DNA of 64,000 nucleotides from Longimicrobiales bacterium. GTDB lineage: Bacteria; Gemmatimonadota; Gemmatimonadetes; Longimicrobiales; Gaopeijiaceae. The stretch spans positions 2,368,001 through 2,432,000 of the forward strand of contig CBDAON010000004.1 in assembly GCA_965198065.1 (NCBI GenBank), read 5' to 3'. A model generated the notes under the pieces. It was not told the origin of the DNA. It was given only the letters and a program-made list of their open reading frames with translations, and did not search any database. The translations under genes and the position numbers were made by a program. This document shows positions 31,626-39,421 of this stretch, one piece after another (positions within the stretch are counted from its first letter, which is position 1; every line of letters starts with the position of its first letter).

Positions 31626-32398
31626 CGGTCGTCAAGATCGGCGGGGCCTGGCTGGAGGGGGGTACGCGCTCGGAGACCTTCGCCGAGTTGGCCCGCTTGA
31701 GGGGTCGCGTCGTCGTCGTGCACGGGGGAGGGAAGGAGATCTCCCGCTGGCTCGACCGCGTGGGTGTTCCCGTGGAGTGGGCGGACGGGCTCCGGGTCAC
31801 GCGCGGGGACGCGCTCACGGTGACGGCCATGGTCCTCTCCGGTTGGGTGAACAAGCGGGTCGCGGAAGCCCTGGATCGGGCCGGGCGTAGGGCATTCGGG
31901 CTCTCGGGGGAAGACGCGGGGACGATCCGCGCGCTTCCGCTCGACCCCGCCCGTTACGGCGAGGTGGGCCGCGTGGAGAGCGTCGATGCGGCCCCGCTCA
32001 GGGCGCTCCTCGAAGCCGGCTTCACCCCGGTGGTCTCGCCCGTGTCCCGGGGCCCCGACGGGCGGCCCCTGAACGTGAATGCGGACGAGGCGGCGATCCG
32101 GGTCGCCGTGGCCCTCGAGGCCGACCGACTGCTCCTGCTCTCGGACGTGCCGGGCGTCCTGGTGGAAGGAGAGCTCCTCGGAAGCCTAGGCCGGGACGAC
32201 GCCCGTCGCCTGGCGGAAGGGGGCGTGCTCGAGGGAGGGATGCGGGTGAAGGTCGAGCAAGCCCTGGAGGCCGCGGACGAGGGGGTCGAGGTGCGCATCG
32301 GCGATGAAGGGCTCCTCACCGGGTCGCCGGGCACCGAGATCCGCGGCACCGCGCATTCGTCGGCGCTCTCCCCGCGACTGTCCTCGGGCTCCGGATGA
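31619..32398 (+). CDS. argB: Acetylglutamate kinase
   Basis: VVKIGG, VVHGGG, GLRVT, LNVNAD, SDVPGV, GGM..KV. Confidence 0.9.
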   Translation: MLTVVKIGGAWLEGGTRSETFAELARLRGRVVVVHGGGKEISRWLDRVGVPVEWADGLRVTRGDALTVTAMVLSGWVNKRVAEALDRAGRRAFGLSGEDAGTIRALPLDPARYGEVGRVESVDAAPLRALLEAGFTPVVSPVSRGPDGRPLNVNADEAAIRVAVALEADRLLLLSDVPGVLVEGELLGSLGRDDARRLAEGGVLEGGMRVKVEQALEAADEGVEVRIGDEGLLTGSPGTEIRGTAHSSALSPRLSSGSG

Positions 32399-33588
32399 GC
32401 CCCGTAAACGTGGATCTCCGGGCCGCGCTTCTTGACGTCTATCGGCCGCCCGAGCCCGTGTTCGTCCGGGCCGAGGGGAGCGAGGTCGTGGACGAGGCCG
32501 GTCGTCGCTACCTCGACTTCACTTCCGGGATCGGGGTAAACGCGCTCGGGCACGGCCATCCCACCGTCCTCGGGGCCATCGAGGGGGCCCTTCGCACTGG
32601 GCTCGTCCACGCGTCGAACCTCTTCCGGACCCGGCCCGCCGAGGAGCTCGCCCGGGTCCTCACGGAGCGGACGGGGCTCGATCGGGTGTTCTTCTGCAAC
32701 TCGGGGGCCGAGTCCGTTGAGGGTGCCCTCAAGTTCGCGAAGAAGTGGGCCAAGGTCGGTGGGGGAGCCGACAAATACCGCGTGGTCGCCCTGAAGGGTG
32801 CGTTCCACGGCCGGCTCCACGGGAGCCTCGCGGTGACGGATCGGCCCGACTATCGAGCGCCCTTCGAGCCGCTCATGCCGGGGGTGGACTTCGCCGACCC
32901 CGACAGCCCGGCCGATCTGGACCGGCTGCTCGATCCGGCCCGGACGGCTGCGCTCATCGCGGAACCCATCCAGGGAGAGGGCGGGATCCGGGCGCTGCCG
33001 TCTGAACTGCTCGTGCGGATGCGCAAATGGACCCGGGAGCGAGACATCGCCCTGATCCTGGACGAGGTTCAATGCGGGCTGGGTCGCACGGGGACGTTTC
33101 TCGCGTGCGAGGAGGCGGGGATTCTGCCCGACCTGCTCTGCCTCGCAAAGCCCCTGGGGGGCGGCCTCCCGATGGGGGCGATTCTCCTCTCCGAGAAGAT
33201 TGCCGCGGCCATAGAGGCCGGGGACCACGGAACGACGTTCGGGGGTGGGCCGCTGGTCTCAGCGGTGGCGCTCGCCGTAGTCGGCGTGGTGGGGGATGCC
33301 GCCTTCCTCGTGGATGTCAGGCGGAGGGGGGAGCAGCTGGGCGCGCTCCTGAATGGGCTCGCCCGGGAGCTCGGGCCGGTCGTGCGGGAAGTGCGGGGGA
33401 GGGGGCTCATGTGGGGGATCGAGATCGAGGAAGGCGCAGGTGCCGTGGTGAAGCGTCTCCGTGACCTGGGGCTCCTCACGGTTCCAGCCGGCTCCAACGT
33501 GGTTCGACTGCTTCCCCCGCTCACGGTGAGCGAACAAGAGATCGAGCGGGCCGTTGGGATCCTCCGAACAGGTCTCCCAGCGACGTGA
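32395..33588 (+). CDS. argD: Acetylornithine aminotransferase (class III PLP)
   Basis: YLDFTSGIGVNALGH, FCNSGAE, FHGR, EPIQGEGG, DEVQCGLGRTG, LAKPLGGG, HGTTFGG. Confidence 0.9.
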   Translation: MSPVNVDLRAALLDVYRPPEPVFVRAEGSEVVDEAGRRYLDFTSGIGVNALGHGHPTVLGAIEGALRTGLVHASNLFRTRPAEELARVLTERTGLDRVFFCNSGAESVEGALKFAKKWAKVGGGADKYRVVALKGAFHGRLHGSLAVTDRPDYRAPFEPLMPGVDFADPDSPADLDRLLDPARTAALIAEPIQGEGGIRALPSELLVRMRKWTRERDIALILDEVQCGLGRTGTFLACEEAGILPDLLCLAKPLGGGLPMGAILLSEKIAAAIEAGDHGTTFGGGPLVSAVALAVVGVVGDAAFLVDVRRRGEQLGALLNGLARELGPVVREVRGRGLMWGIEIEEGAGAVVKRLRDLGLLTVPAGSNVVRLLPPLTVSEQEIERAVGILRTGLPAT

Positions 33589-34955
33589 CCGGGCTCTGGG
33601 GTGGACGTTTCCGGGGAAAGCTCGCGCCCGAGATGGAGGCCCTGAACCGCTCCCTTGGAACGGACGGGCGCCTCTGGCGGGAGGACGTCCGGGGAAGCCG
33701 AGCGTGGGCGCGAGGGCTCCTGGGTGCCGGGGTGCTCACTCCGGACGAGCACGCCCGCCTTCAGGTCGGTCTCGATCAGGTCGAAAAGGCGCTGGAGGGC
33801 GGCATTCCCGGGGACGCCCCCGACGAGGACGTCCACTCCCTCGTCGAGCGACTCTTGGGGGAGGCAGTAGGAGCGCTCTCCGGAAAGCTCCACACCGGGA
33901 GGTCTCGGAACGACCAGGTCGCCACGGACCTCCGCCTTTGGGGGATGGAGGCCGCCCGCTCCCTCGAGAGCCTTCTCAACGAGAGCGTGCAAGCCCTTGT
34001 AGCGCTGGCGGATTGGGGCATTGACCTCATCCTCCCGGGATACACCCACCTACAGCCCGCGCAGCCGGTCAGGGCGGCTCACTGGGCCCTCTCACACGCA
34101 TGGCCTCTCCTCCGGGACCGCAACCGGATCCGTCGAGCGGGAGAGGCGGCGGGAGTCCTCCCGCTGGGCTCCGGAGCGGTGGCGGGCTGCCCGTTTCCTG
34201 TGGACCGGGAGGCGCTGGCGGCCGGGCTCGGCTTTCGGGCCGTGTCCGAGAACTCCATGGACGCGGTTAGCGACCGGGACTGGTCGGCCGAGGTGGTTTT
34301 CGCGGGCGGCCTCCTTGGGGTCCACTTGTCCCGCCTCGCGGAGGATCTGGTTGTCTTCAGCGCTCGGGAGTTCGGGTTCGTCCGGATCGGGGACGACTAC
34401 TCGACGGGCTCTTCCCTCATGCCTCAGAAGCGGAACCCGGACGTGGCGGAGCTCGTGCGCGGCAAGGCCGGCCGGCTCATCGGGAACGTGGTGGGCGTCC
34501 TGACCCTCCTAAAAGGCCTTCCGGCTGGCTACAACCGCGACCTGCAGGAGGAAAAGGCGATCCTGTTCGACACAGTCGATACGCTCGCCATAGCGCTTCC
34601 CGCCTTGACGGGGGCGCTCCGGAACACGTCGTATCGGCCGGACCGAATCACCCAGGCGCTAGATCCGGAGCTTCTCGCTACCGATCTCGCCGACTACCTC
34701 GTGAAGGCCGGAGTGCCATTCCGAGAGAGTCACGAGATCCTGGGCGGCCTCGTGCGAGAGGCGGAGGAGCGGGGGGTGCCGCTCAGCGGGTTGCCGGACG
34801 ACGTGTTCGGAAAGGCCCACGTAGCCTTTGCCGAAGGATTCCGGGCCATCTTCGATTGGGAGCGGTCCGTCGAGGCGAGAGACACCGTCGGCGGTACGAG
34901 CCGGAGGGCCGTGCAAGCCCAGATCGACGAGGCGCGGGGTCGCCTGGAGGGCTGA
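33585..34955 (+). CDS. argH: Argininosuccinate lyase
   Basis: LWGGRF, HTGRSRNDQ, PGYTHLQ.AQP, GSSLMPQKRNPD, YNRDLQE. Confidence 0.95.
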   Translation: MTGLWGGRFRGKLAPEMEALNRSLGTDGRLWREDVRGSRAWARGLLGAGVLTPDEHARLQVGLDQVEKALEGGIPGDAPDEDVHSLVERLLGEAVGALSGKLHTGRSRNDQVATDLRLWGMEAARSLESLLNESVQALVALADWGIDLILPGYTHLQPAQPVRAAHWALSHAWPLLRDRNRIRRAGEAAGVLPLGSGAVAGCPFPVDREALAAGLGFRAVSENSMDAVSDRDWSAEVVFAGGLLGVHLSRLAEDLVVFSAREFGFVRIGDDYSTGSSLMPQKRNPDVAELVRGKAGRLIGNVVGVLTLLKGLPAGYNRDLQEEKAILFDTVDTLAIALPALTGALRNTSYRPDRITQALDPELLATDLADYLVKAGVPFRESHEILGGLVREAEERGVPLSGLPDDVFGKAHVAFAEGFRAIFDWERSVEARDTVGGTSRRAVQAQIDEARGRLEG

Positions 34956-35018
34956 GGGGACCGCTGCCGGAGGCCGAGTGGCCCGGAGGAGCGCCCCTAT
35001 CGTCCCCTTCTCACACGA

Positions 35019-35790
35019 TTACCGCCCGATCTTACGTGCCGTCGGCGTTGTCGCGGTTTCGAGCGTCCGTCCCACCGCCGCGACGAACGGATGTAGCGTT
35101 CATGTTTCCCTGCTTCATCACGTACTCCGCGGCGAGCAGGAGGTCCTCGATCGTCGAGGATGGCCCCCGCTTGAGGAGGACGGGTCGATGGACGCGTCCG
35201 ACTTCGGTCAGGAGCGCGAAGTTCTGCATGTTACGGGCGCCCACCTGGAGGACGTCGGCGTGCCCCGCGACCACCTCGACCTGCCGGGTATCCATGACCT
35301 CGGTCACGACTGGGAGGCCCGAGATGGTGCGGGCGCGGGCCAGGATCTCCAGGCCCTCCTCCTCCAGGCCGCGGAATGAATACGGGGAGGTGCGGGGCTT
35401 GAAGGCACCACCCCGGAGGGCCCGGGCTCCCGCGGAGCTGACGGCGGCGGCCGTCTCGATGAGCATCTTCTCTCCCTCGACCGAGCATGGTCCGGCAATC
35501 ACGACGACCGCGTCGCCTCCGATCTCCACGTCCCCTACCGCAATCCTGGTCGGGCCGGCCGAAAACTCGCGAGCGGCGAGCTTGTAGGGGCGCATGACGG
35601 CATGCACGGCCTCGACCCCCGGCATCGCCAGGAGAGGAACGTGCTGGAGCCGCGCTTCGTCCCCAATGCACCCGATGACGGTCCGACTCTCTCCCCGGGA
35701 CACGTGTGTCCGGAGCCCCAACGCCTCGACCCTCTCCCGGATCTGATCGAGCTCCTCGTCGGTCACGTGGGGGCCTGTTACGATGATCAT
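35019..35790 (-). pseudogene. aroF: DAHP synthase type I-beta with N-terminal regulatory domain; internal deletion plus frameshift near 35100
   Basis: IAGPCSVE, RGGAFKPRTSPYSF, GARNMQNF, LLKRG; breaks after GNMN (no CERG/DPSH segment); a native-looking tail LHPFVAAVGRTL...* resumes in another frame to TAA 35019. Confidence 0.85.
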
Positions 35791-35830
35791 GGCGGCATTC
35801 CTCCTGGCGTTCTGACTGCAAGTGAGAGTG

Positions 35831-35867
35831 AAAAAAAAAATCGGCTTCCGGAGGTCCCGGGAGCCGA
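35831..35867 (-). terminator. Intrinsic terminator of aroF attenuator
   Basis: UCGGCUCCCGG-GACCU-CCGGAAGCCGA (10 of 11 pairs) followed by U10, about 40 nt upstream of the aroF ATG. Confidence 0.9.
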
Positions 35868-35904
35868 GTCGTCACGTGCGCATGTTGCTTTGCTCAGCCG
35901 ATCG

Positions 35905-36051
35905 CTATGCGCACGCCTCCTCGGGGCTCCCGAAGCGGGGCCAGAAGCCGAAGTACGCGAAGTACCGGGCGCGGCGGCGGGTGCGTGACGCCTCGCCCAA
36001 TGGGGCGACGCGAATCCCGCACGTCCAGGGCCTCGTTGAGGGTCGGCGCAT
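35905..36051 (-). CDS. Aromatic amino acid attenuator leader peptide (48 aa)
   Basis: MRRPSTRPWTCGIRVAPLGEASRTRRRARYFAYFGFWPRFGSPEEACA; 7 aromatic residues in an 11-residue stretch; lies between the promoter and the terminator. Confidence 0.8.
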   Translation of the reverse strand: MRRPSTRPWTCGIRVAPLGEASRTRRRARYFAYFGFWPRFGSPEEACA

Positions 36052-36058
36052 GAGGAAA

Positions 36059-36087
36059 AGTGTGTGAGAGGCGTCAGGGGATGTCAA
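36059..36087 (-). promoter_or_regulatory. Sigma70 promoter for aroF leader
   Basis: TTGACA (36087-82), 17 nt, CACACT (36064-59), 7 nt, ATG 36051. Confidence 0.65.
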
Positions 36088-36344
36088 GGGCGATCCGGGG
36101 CAATGTGGCGCGATCTGAGGGGATGCGGCGCGATCCGGGCCGAGCGCGCGCCCGACCGGCTCTCCGGGCGCCGACCCACGAACGGTGCACGGAGCGGCGC
36201 CGTACGCCCGGTTTCCTGTCTCAGTTTCCACTGGTCAGTGAGCGGGGCCCCTCCTAGATTTGCGGCAGTCCGTCCCGGGGGGCCGAAGGGCAGACCCGGT
36301 GAGATCCCGGGAGCGCCGAGGAATCCCGCGTGCGGAGGCCCGAA

Positions 36345-37289
36345 ATGGCAGGAAAGAGCGTGAGCGCGACCATGGCTCCTCCGAGTGACGCGGTCGTGCG
36401 CCGCCCCGCCCTGGATGAGCTGGACCTCCCCCTGGGAAAGCGGGTCCGGCTCCACCGCCTCCTGTACGAGAACGGGCTCCGGAACGGGACCCTCCTCGTC
36501 CTACCCATCGATCAGGGCCTCGAGCACGGGCCGGTCGATTTCTTCCCGAACCCCCCGTCGCTGGATCCGGACTATCAGTGGCGCCTGGCGGCCGAAGGGG
36601 GGTTCAACGCTCTCGCGTGCCACTATGGCCTCGCCCGGAAGTACATGGGCCGCTATGCAGGGAAGATCCCCCTGATCCTGAAGCTGAATGGGAAGACGAA
36701 TATTCCGTCGGACGACCTGGCCCTCTCGCCGGTCACGGGAAGCGTCGAGGACGCGGTGGCCCTGGGCGCCGAGGCGGTGGGGTACACCCTCTATGTGGGA
36801 TCGCCGCGCCAGGACGACGACTTCATCCAGTTCCAGTCGATCCGGGAGGAGTGCGACCGGTACGGGATGCCTCTCGTCGTATGGGCGTACCCCCGGGGCG
36901 AGGCGGTCGAGGCAAAGGGGGGCCGCAGCTCGCTCTATGCGGTGGATTATGCGGCCCGGGTCGCGCTCGAGCTGGGTGCGGATGTCGTGAAGCTGAACCT
37001 TCCGAAGCGCTCGGCCCGGGATTCCGACCAGCCGGGCGCCTATGCGAAGCTGGAGTGGGAGTTCGAAGAGGGTGTGCGGCGCGTCTTCAAATCCGCCGGC
37101 CGATGCCTGATCCTCGTGAGTGGAGGGAGCAAGCTGTCCGACGACGACCTTCTCGACAAGGTTCGCGTGTCCATGTCTTGCGGGGCCACCGGACTCATCT
37201 TCGGCCGCAACATGTGGCAGCGGCCCATGGACGAGGCCCTGGCGATTACCGCGAGGGTGAGGAACGTGCTGGCGGAATTCCCCGTTTGA
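36345..37289 (+). CDS. fbaB: Class I fructose-bisphosphate aldolase (DhnA/FbaB type)
   Basis: LPIDQGLEHGP, ILKLNG, VEDA..LGA.AVG.T.YVGS, VWAYPRG, ELGADVVK, SGGSK, GLIFGRN.WQ; GGAGG RBS. Confidence 0.88.
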   Translation: MAGKSVSATMAPPSDAVVRRPALDELDLPLGKRVRLHRLLYENGLRNGTLLVLPIDQGLEHGPVDFFPNPPSLDPDYQWRLAAEGGFNALACHYGLARKYMGRYAGKIPLILKLNGKTNIPSDDLALSPVTGSVEDAVALGAEAVGYTLYVGSPRQDDDFIQFQSIREECDRYGMPLVVWAYPRGEAVEAKGGRSSLYAVDYAARVALELGADVVKLNLPKRSARDSDQPGAYAKLEWEFEEGVRRVFKSAGRCLILVSGGSKLSDDDLLDKVRVSMSCGATGLIFGRNMWQRPMDEALAITARVRNVLAEFPV

Positions 37290-38002
37290 GCGAGGTGCAG
37301 GTACGGTCCTCGGAGTCCGAGAAGCGGGCGGCAGGGCGCGCGGCCCTGGAAGAAGTCGAGCCCGGGATGATCCTGGGGCTCGGGACGGGGAGCACCGTCC
37401 GCTTCTTCCTCGAGTCGCTGGGGGAGGCCCTCTCGGTGGGGCGAATCCGGGACGTCAGAGGGGTGCCTACGTCACGGGACACCGAGGCTCGATGCGAGCA
37501 CCTCGGGATTCCCGTGGTGGAGCTGGACGACGGGGTCGAGCCGGATCTCGCGGTGGACGGCGCGGACGAGGTGTCTCCCTCCCTCGACCTGATCAAGGGG
37601 CTCGGGGGTGCGCTCCTCCGGGAGCAGATCGTCGCCCAGGCCGCCTGCCGCTTCGTCGTTATCGTGGATTCGGGAAAGGAAGTGGCAGCGCTCGGAGAGC
37701 GGTCTCCCGTACCTGTGGAGGTTCTTCCGTTCGGGTGGCGGTCCCAGCTTCCGTTCTTCCGGGCGCTCGGAGCCGACCCCTGCCCGCGGGAGGGACCCGA
37801 GGGCGAGCTGGTTCGCACGGACAACGGGAACTATGTGGTGGACCTCCGGTTTTCCCCGCACATTCCCGATCCGAGGGAGCTCGAGCGCGAGCTTCGGGCA
37901 CGATCGGGCGTCTTGGGAACCGGGCTTTTTCTCCAGGTGGCCGACCGGGCGCTCGTCGGGACGGCCGAGGGGGTTGTTCGCCGGGAGCGCCCGAAGCCGT
38001 GA
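37286..38002 (+). CDS. rpiA: Ribose-5-phosphate isomerase A
   Basis: GLGTGST, DGADEV, IKGLGGALLRE, PVEV.PF, TDNGN, TGLF. Confidence 0.93.
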   Translation: MSEVQVRSSESEKRAAGRAALEEVEPGMILGLGTGSTVRFFLESLGEALSVGRIRDVRGVPTSRDTEARCEHLGIPVVELDDGVEPDLAVDGADEVSPSLDLIKGLGGALLREQIVAQAACRFVVIVDSGKEVAALGERSPVPVEVLPFGWRSQLPFFRALGADPCPREGPEGELVRTDNGNYVVDLRFSPHIPDPRELERELRARSGVLGTGLFLQVADRALVGTAEGVVRRERPKP

Positions 38003-38685
38003 GGCCGATCGTGATCGCCCCTTCGGTGCTGTCGGCGGATTTCGGCCACCTGGACCGGGAGGTCCGCGAGGCAGAGCGGGCAGGCGCCGATTGGATTCAC
38101 GTGGACGTGATGGACGGCCACTTCGTCCCGAACCTGACGATCGGCCCGGCGGTGACGAGGGCGGTCCGGGAAGCGACCACGCTTCCGCTGGACGTTCACC
38201 TGATGATCGAGCACCCGGAGCGGCTGATCCCGAGCTTTGTCGAGGCGGGAGCGAATCGGATCACCGTGCATCAGGAGGCGTGCGTGCACCTGCATCGGGT
38301 CCTTGGGCAGATCCGCGAGGCCGGGCTCGCCACCGGGGTGGCCGTGAATCCGGCTACGCCCTTGAGCACTGTGGCGGACGTGCTGGAGTGCGTCGATCTC
38401 GTTCTGGTCATGACCGTGAACCCCGGTTTCGGGGGGCAGGAGTACCTCCCCGGGTCCGACGCGAGGATCGGACGGGCCCGGAGGATGATTTCCGAGTCCG
38501 GGCGGGACGGAGACGTGGCCCTCCAGGTGGACGGAGGGATCGACGTCCACACCGCGCCCCGGGCGGTCGAGGCCGGGGCCACCGTACTGGTCGCCGGGTC
38601 CGCGGTGTTCGCGGAAGGAGGCGGTGGGCCTGGAGTAACCCTTCCCGCTTTGAGAGACGCGGCAGCTAGAGGAGGAGCCACGTGA
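37999..38685 (+). CDS. rpe: Ribulose-phosphate 3-epimerase
   Basis: IAPSVLSADF, HVDVMDGHFVPNLTIG, DVHLMI, MTVNPGFGGQ, VDGGI, VAGSAVF. Confidence 0.95.
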   Translation: MRPIVIAPSVLSADFGHLDREVREAERAGADWIHVDVMDGHFVPNLTIGPAVTRAVREATTLPLDVHLMIEHPERLIPSFVEAGANRITVHQEACVHLHRVLGQIREAGLATGVAVNPATPLSTVADVLECVDLVLVMTVNPGFGGQEYLPGSDARIGRARRMISESGRDGDVALQVDGGIDVHTAPRAVEAGATVLVAGSAVFAEGGGGPGVTLPALRDAAARGGAT

Positions 38686-39047
38686 GCGCTGATCCCGTAC
38701 CGATCCTAGACGCGGGAGCCTTGGATCGACTCGAGTCGTGGGGTGGAGCGGACTTGAGGGTCAAGATGGTCGATCTCTTTTTCAAGAACGGGCCTGAGAG
38801 GGTGCAGGGGATCCGGGACGGCCTCGCGAAGGGTGATCTCGAGCTCGCGGAGCGCTCGGCGCACTCCCTCAAGTCTTCGGCCGCGAACCTCGGCGGGGAG
38901 ACGGTTCGCCAGCTCGCGGCGCGGATCGAGGACTCGCTCGAGAAGGGGGACTCGTCCGCAGCCGCCGAACTGGCTCCGGAGCTCGAGGCGCGATTCGCGC
39001 AGATGCTCGATGCCCTGCGCGAGTCAGAAAACAGGGAGGACGGATGA
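38682..39047 (+). CDS. Hpt domain phosphotransfer protein
   Basis: AHSLKSSAANLG motif. Confidence 0.88.
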   Translation: MSADPVPILDAGALDRLESWGGADLRVKMVDLFFKNGPERVQGIRDGLAKGDLELAERSAHSLKSSAANLGGETVRQLAARIEDSLEKGDSSAAAELAPELEARFAQMLDALRESENREDG

Positions 39048-39421
39048 AGCCCACCATCGCTCTCGTGGAGGACAACCCGGACAATCGCTTGCTCGTGCAG
39101 GCCATCCTCGAGGATCGGTACGAGATTGTGGAGTACGAGACGGGGGTGGCCGCCCTGGCCGGGCTCAAGGAGTACGTGCCGGATCTGATCCTTCTGGACA
39201 TCTCCCTCCCGGAGATGGACGGGACCGAAGTGCTGAGCCGCCTTCGGGAGGACCCCCGCATGGAGGCGGTTCCGGTTATTGCGCTCACGGCGCACGCAAT
39301 GGCGGGAGACCGCGAGCGCTTCCTCGGCCATGGCTTCAACGACTACCTGACGAAGCCGATCATGGACGAAACCGTCCTGGTGGACGCGATCGAGCGGGGA
39401 CTCGCCTCGGGGAAGGAATGA
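39044..39421 (+). CDS. Single-domain response regulator (DivK/CheY-like)
   Basis: VEDNPDN, LLDISLPEMDG, IALTAHAM.GD, YLTKP. Confidence 0.92.
   Translation: MKPTIALVEDNPDNRLLVQAILEDRYEIVEYETGVAALAGLKEYVPDLILLDISLPEMDGTEVLSRLREDPRMEAVPVIALTAHAMAGDRERFLGHGFNDYLTKPIMDETVLVDAIERGLASGKE

Noticed and set aside
30651..34955. LysW-type lysine/arginine pathway
   Set aside because: No lysW or lysX nearby and argH is coupled; the ordinary acetylated arginine route is simpler
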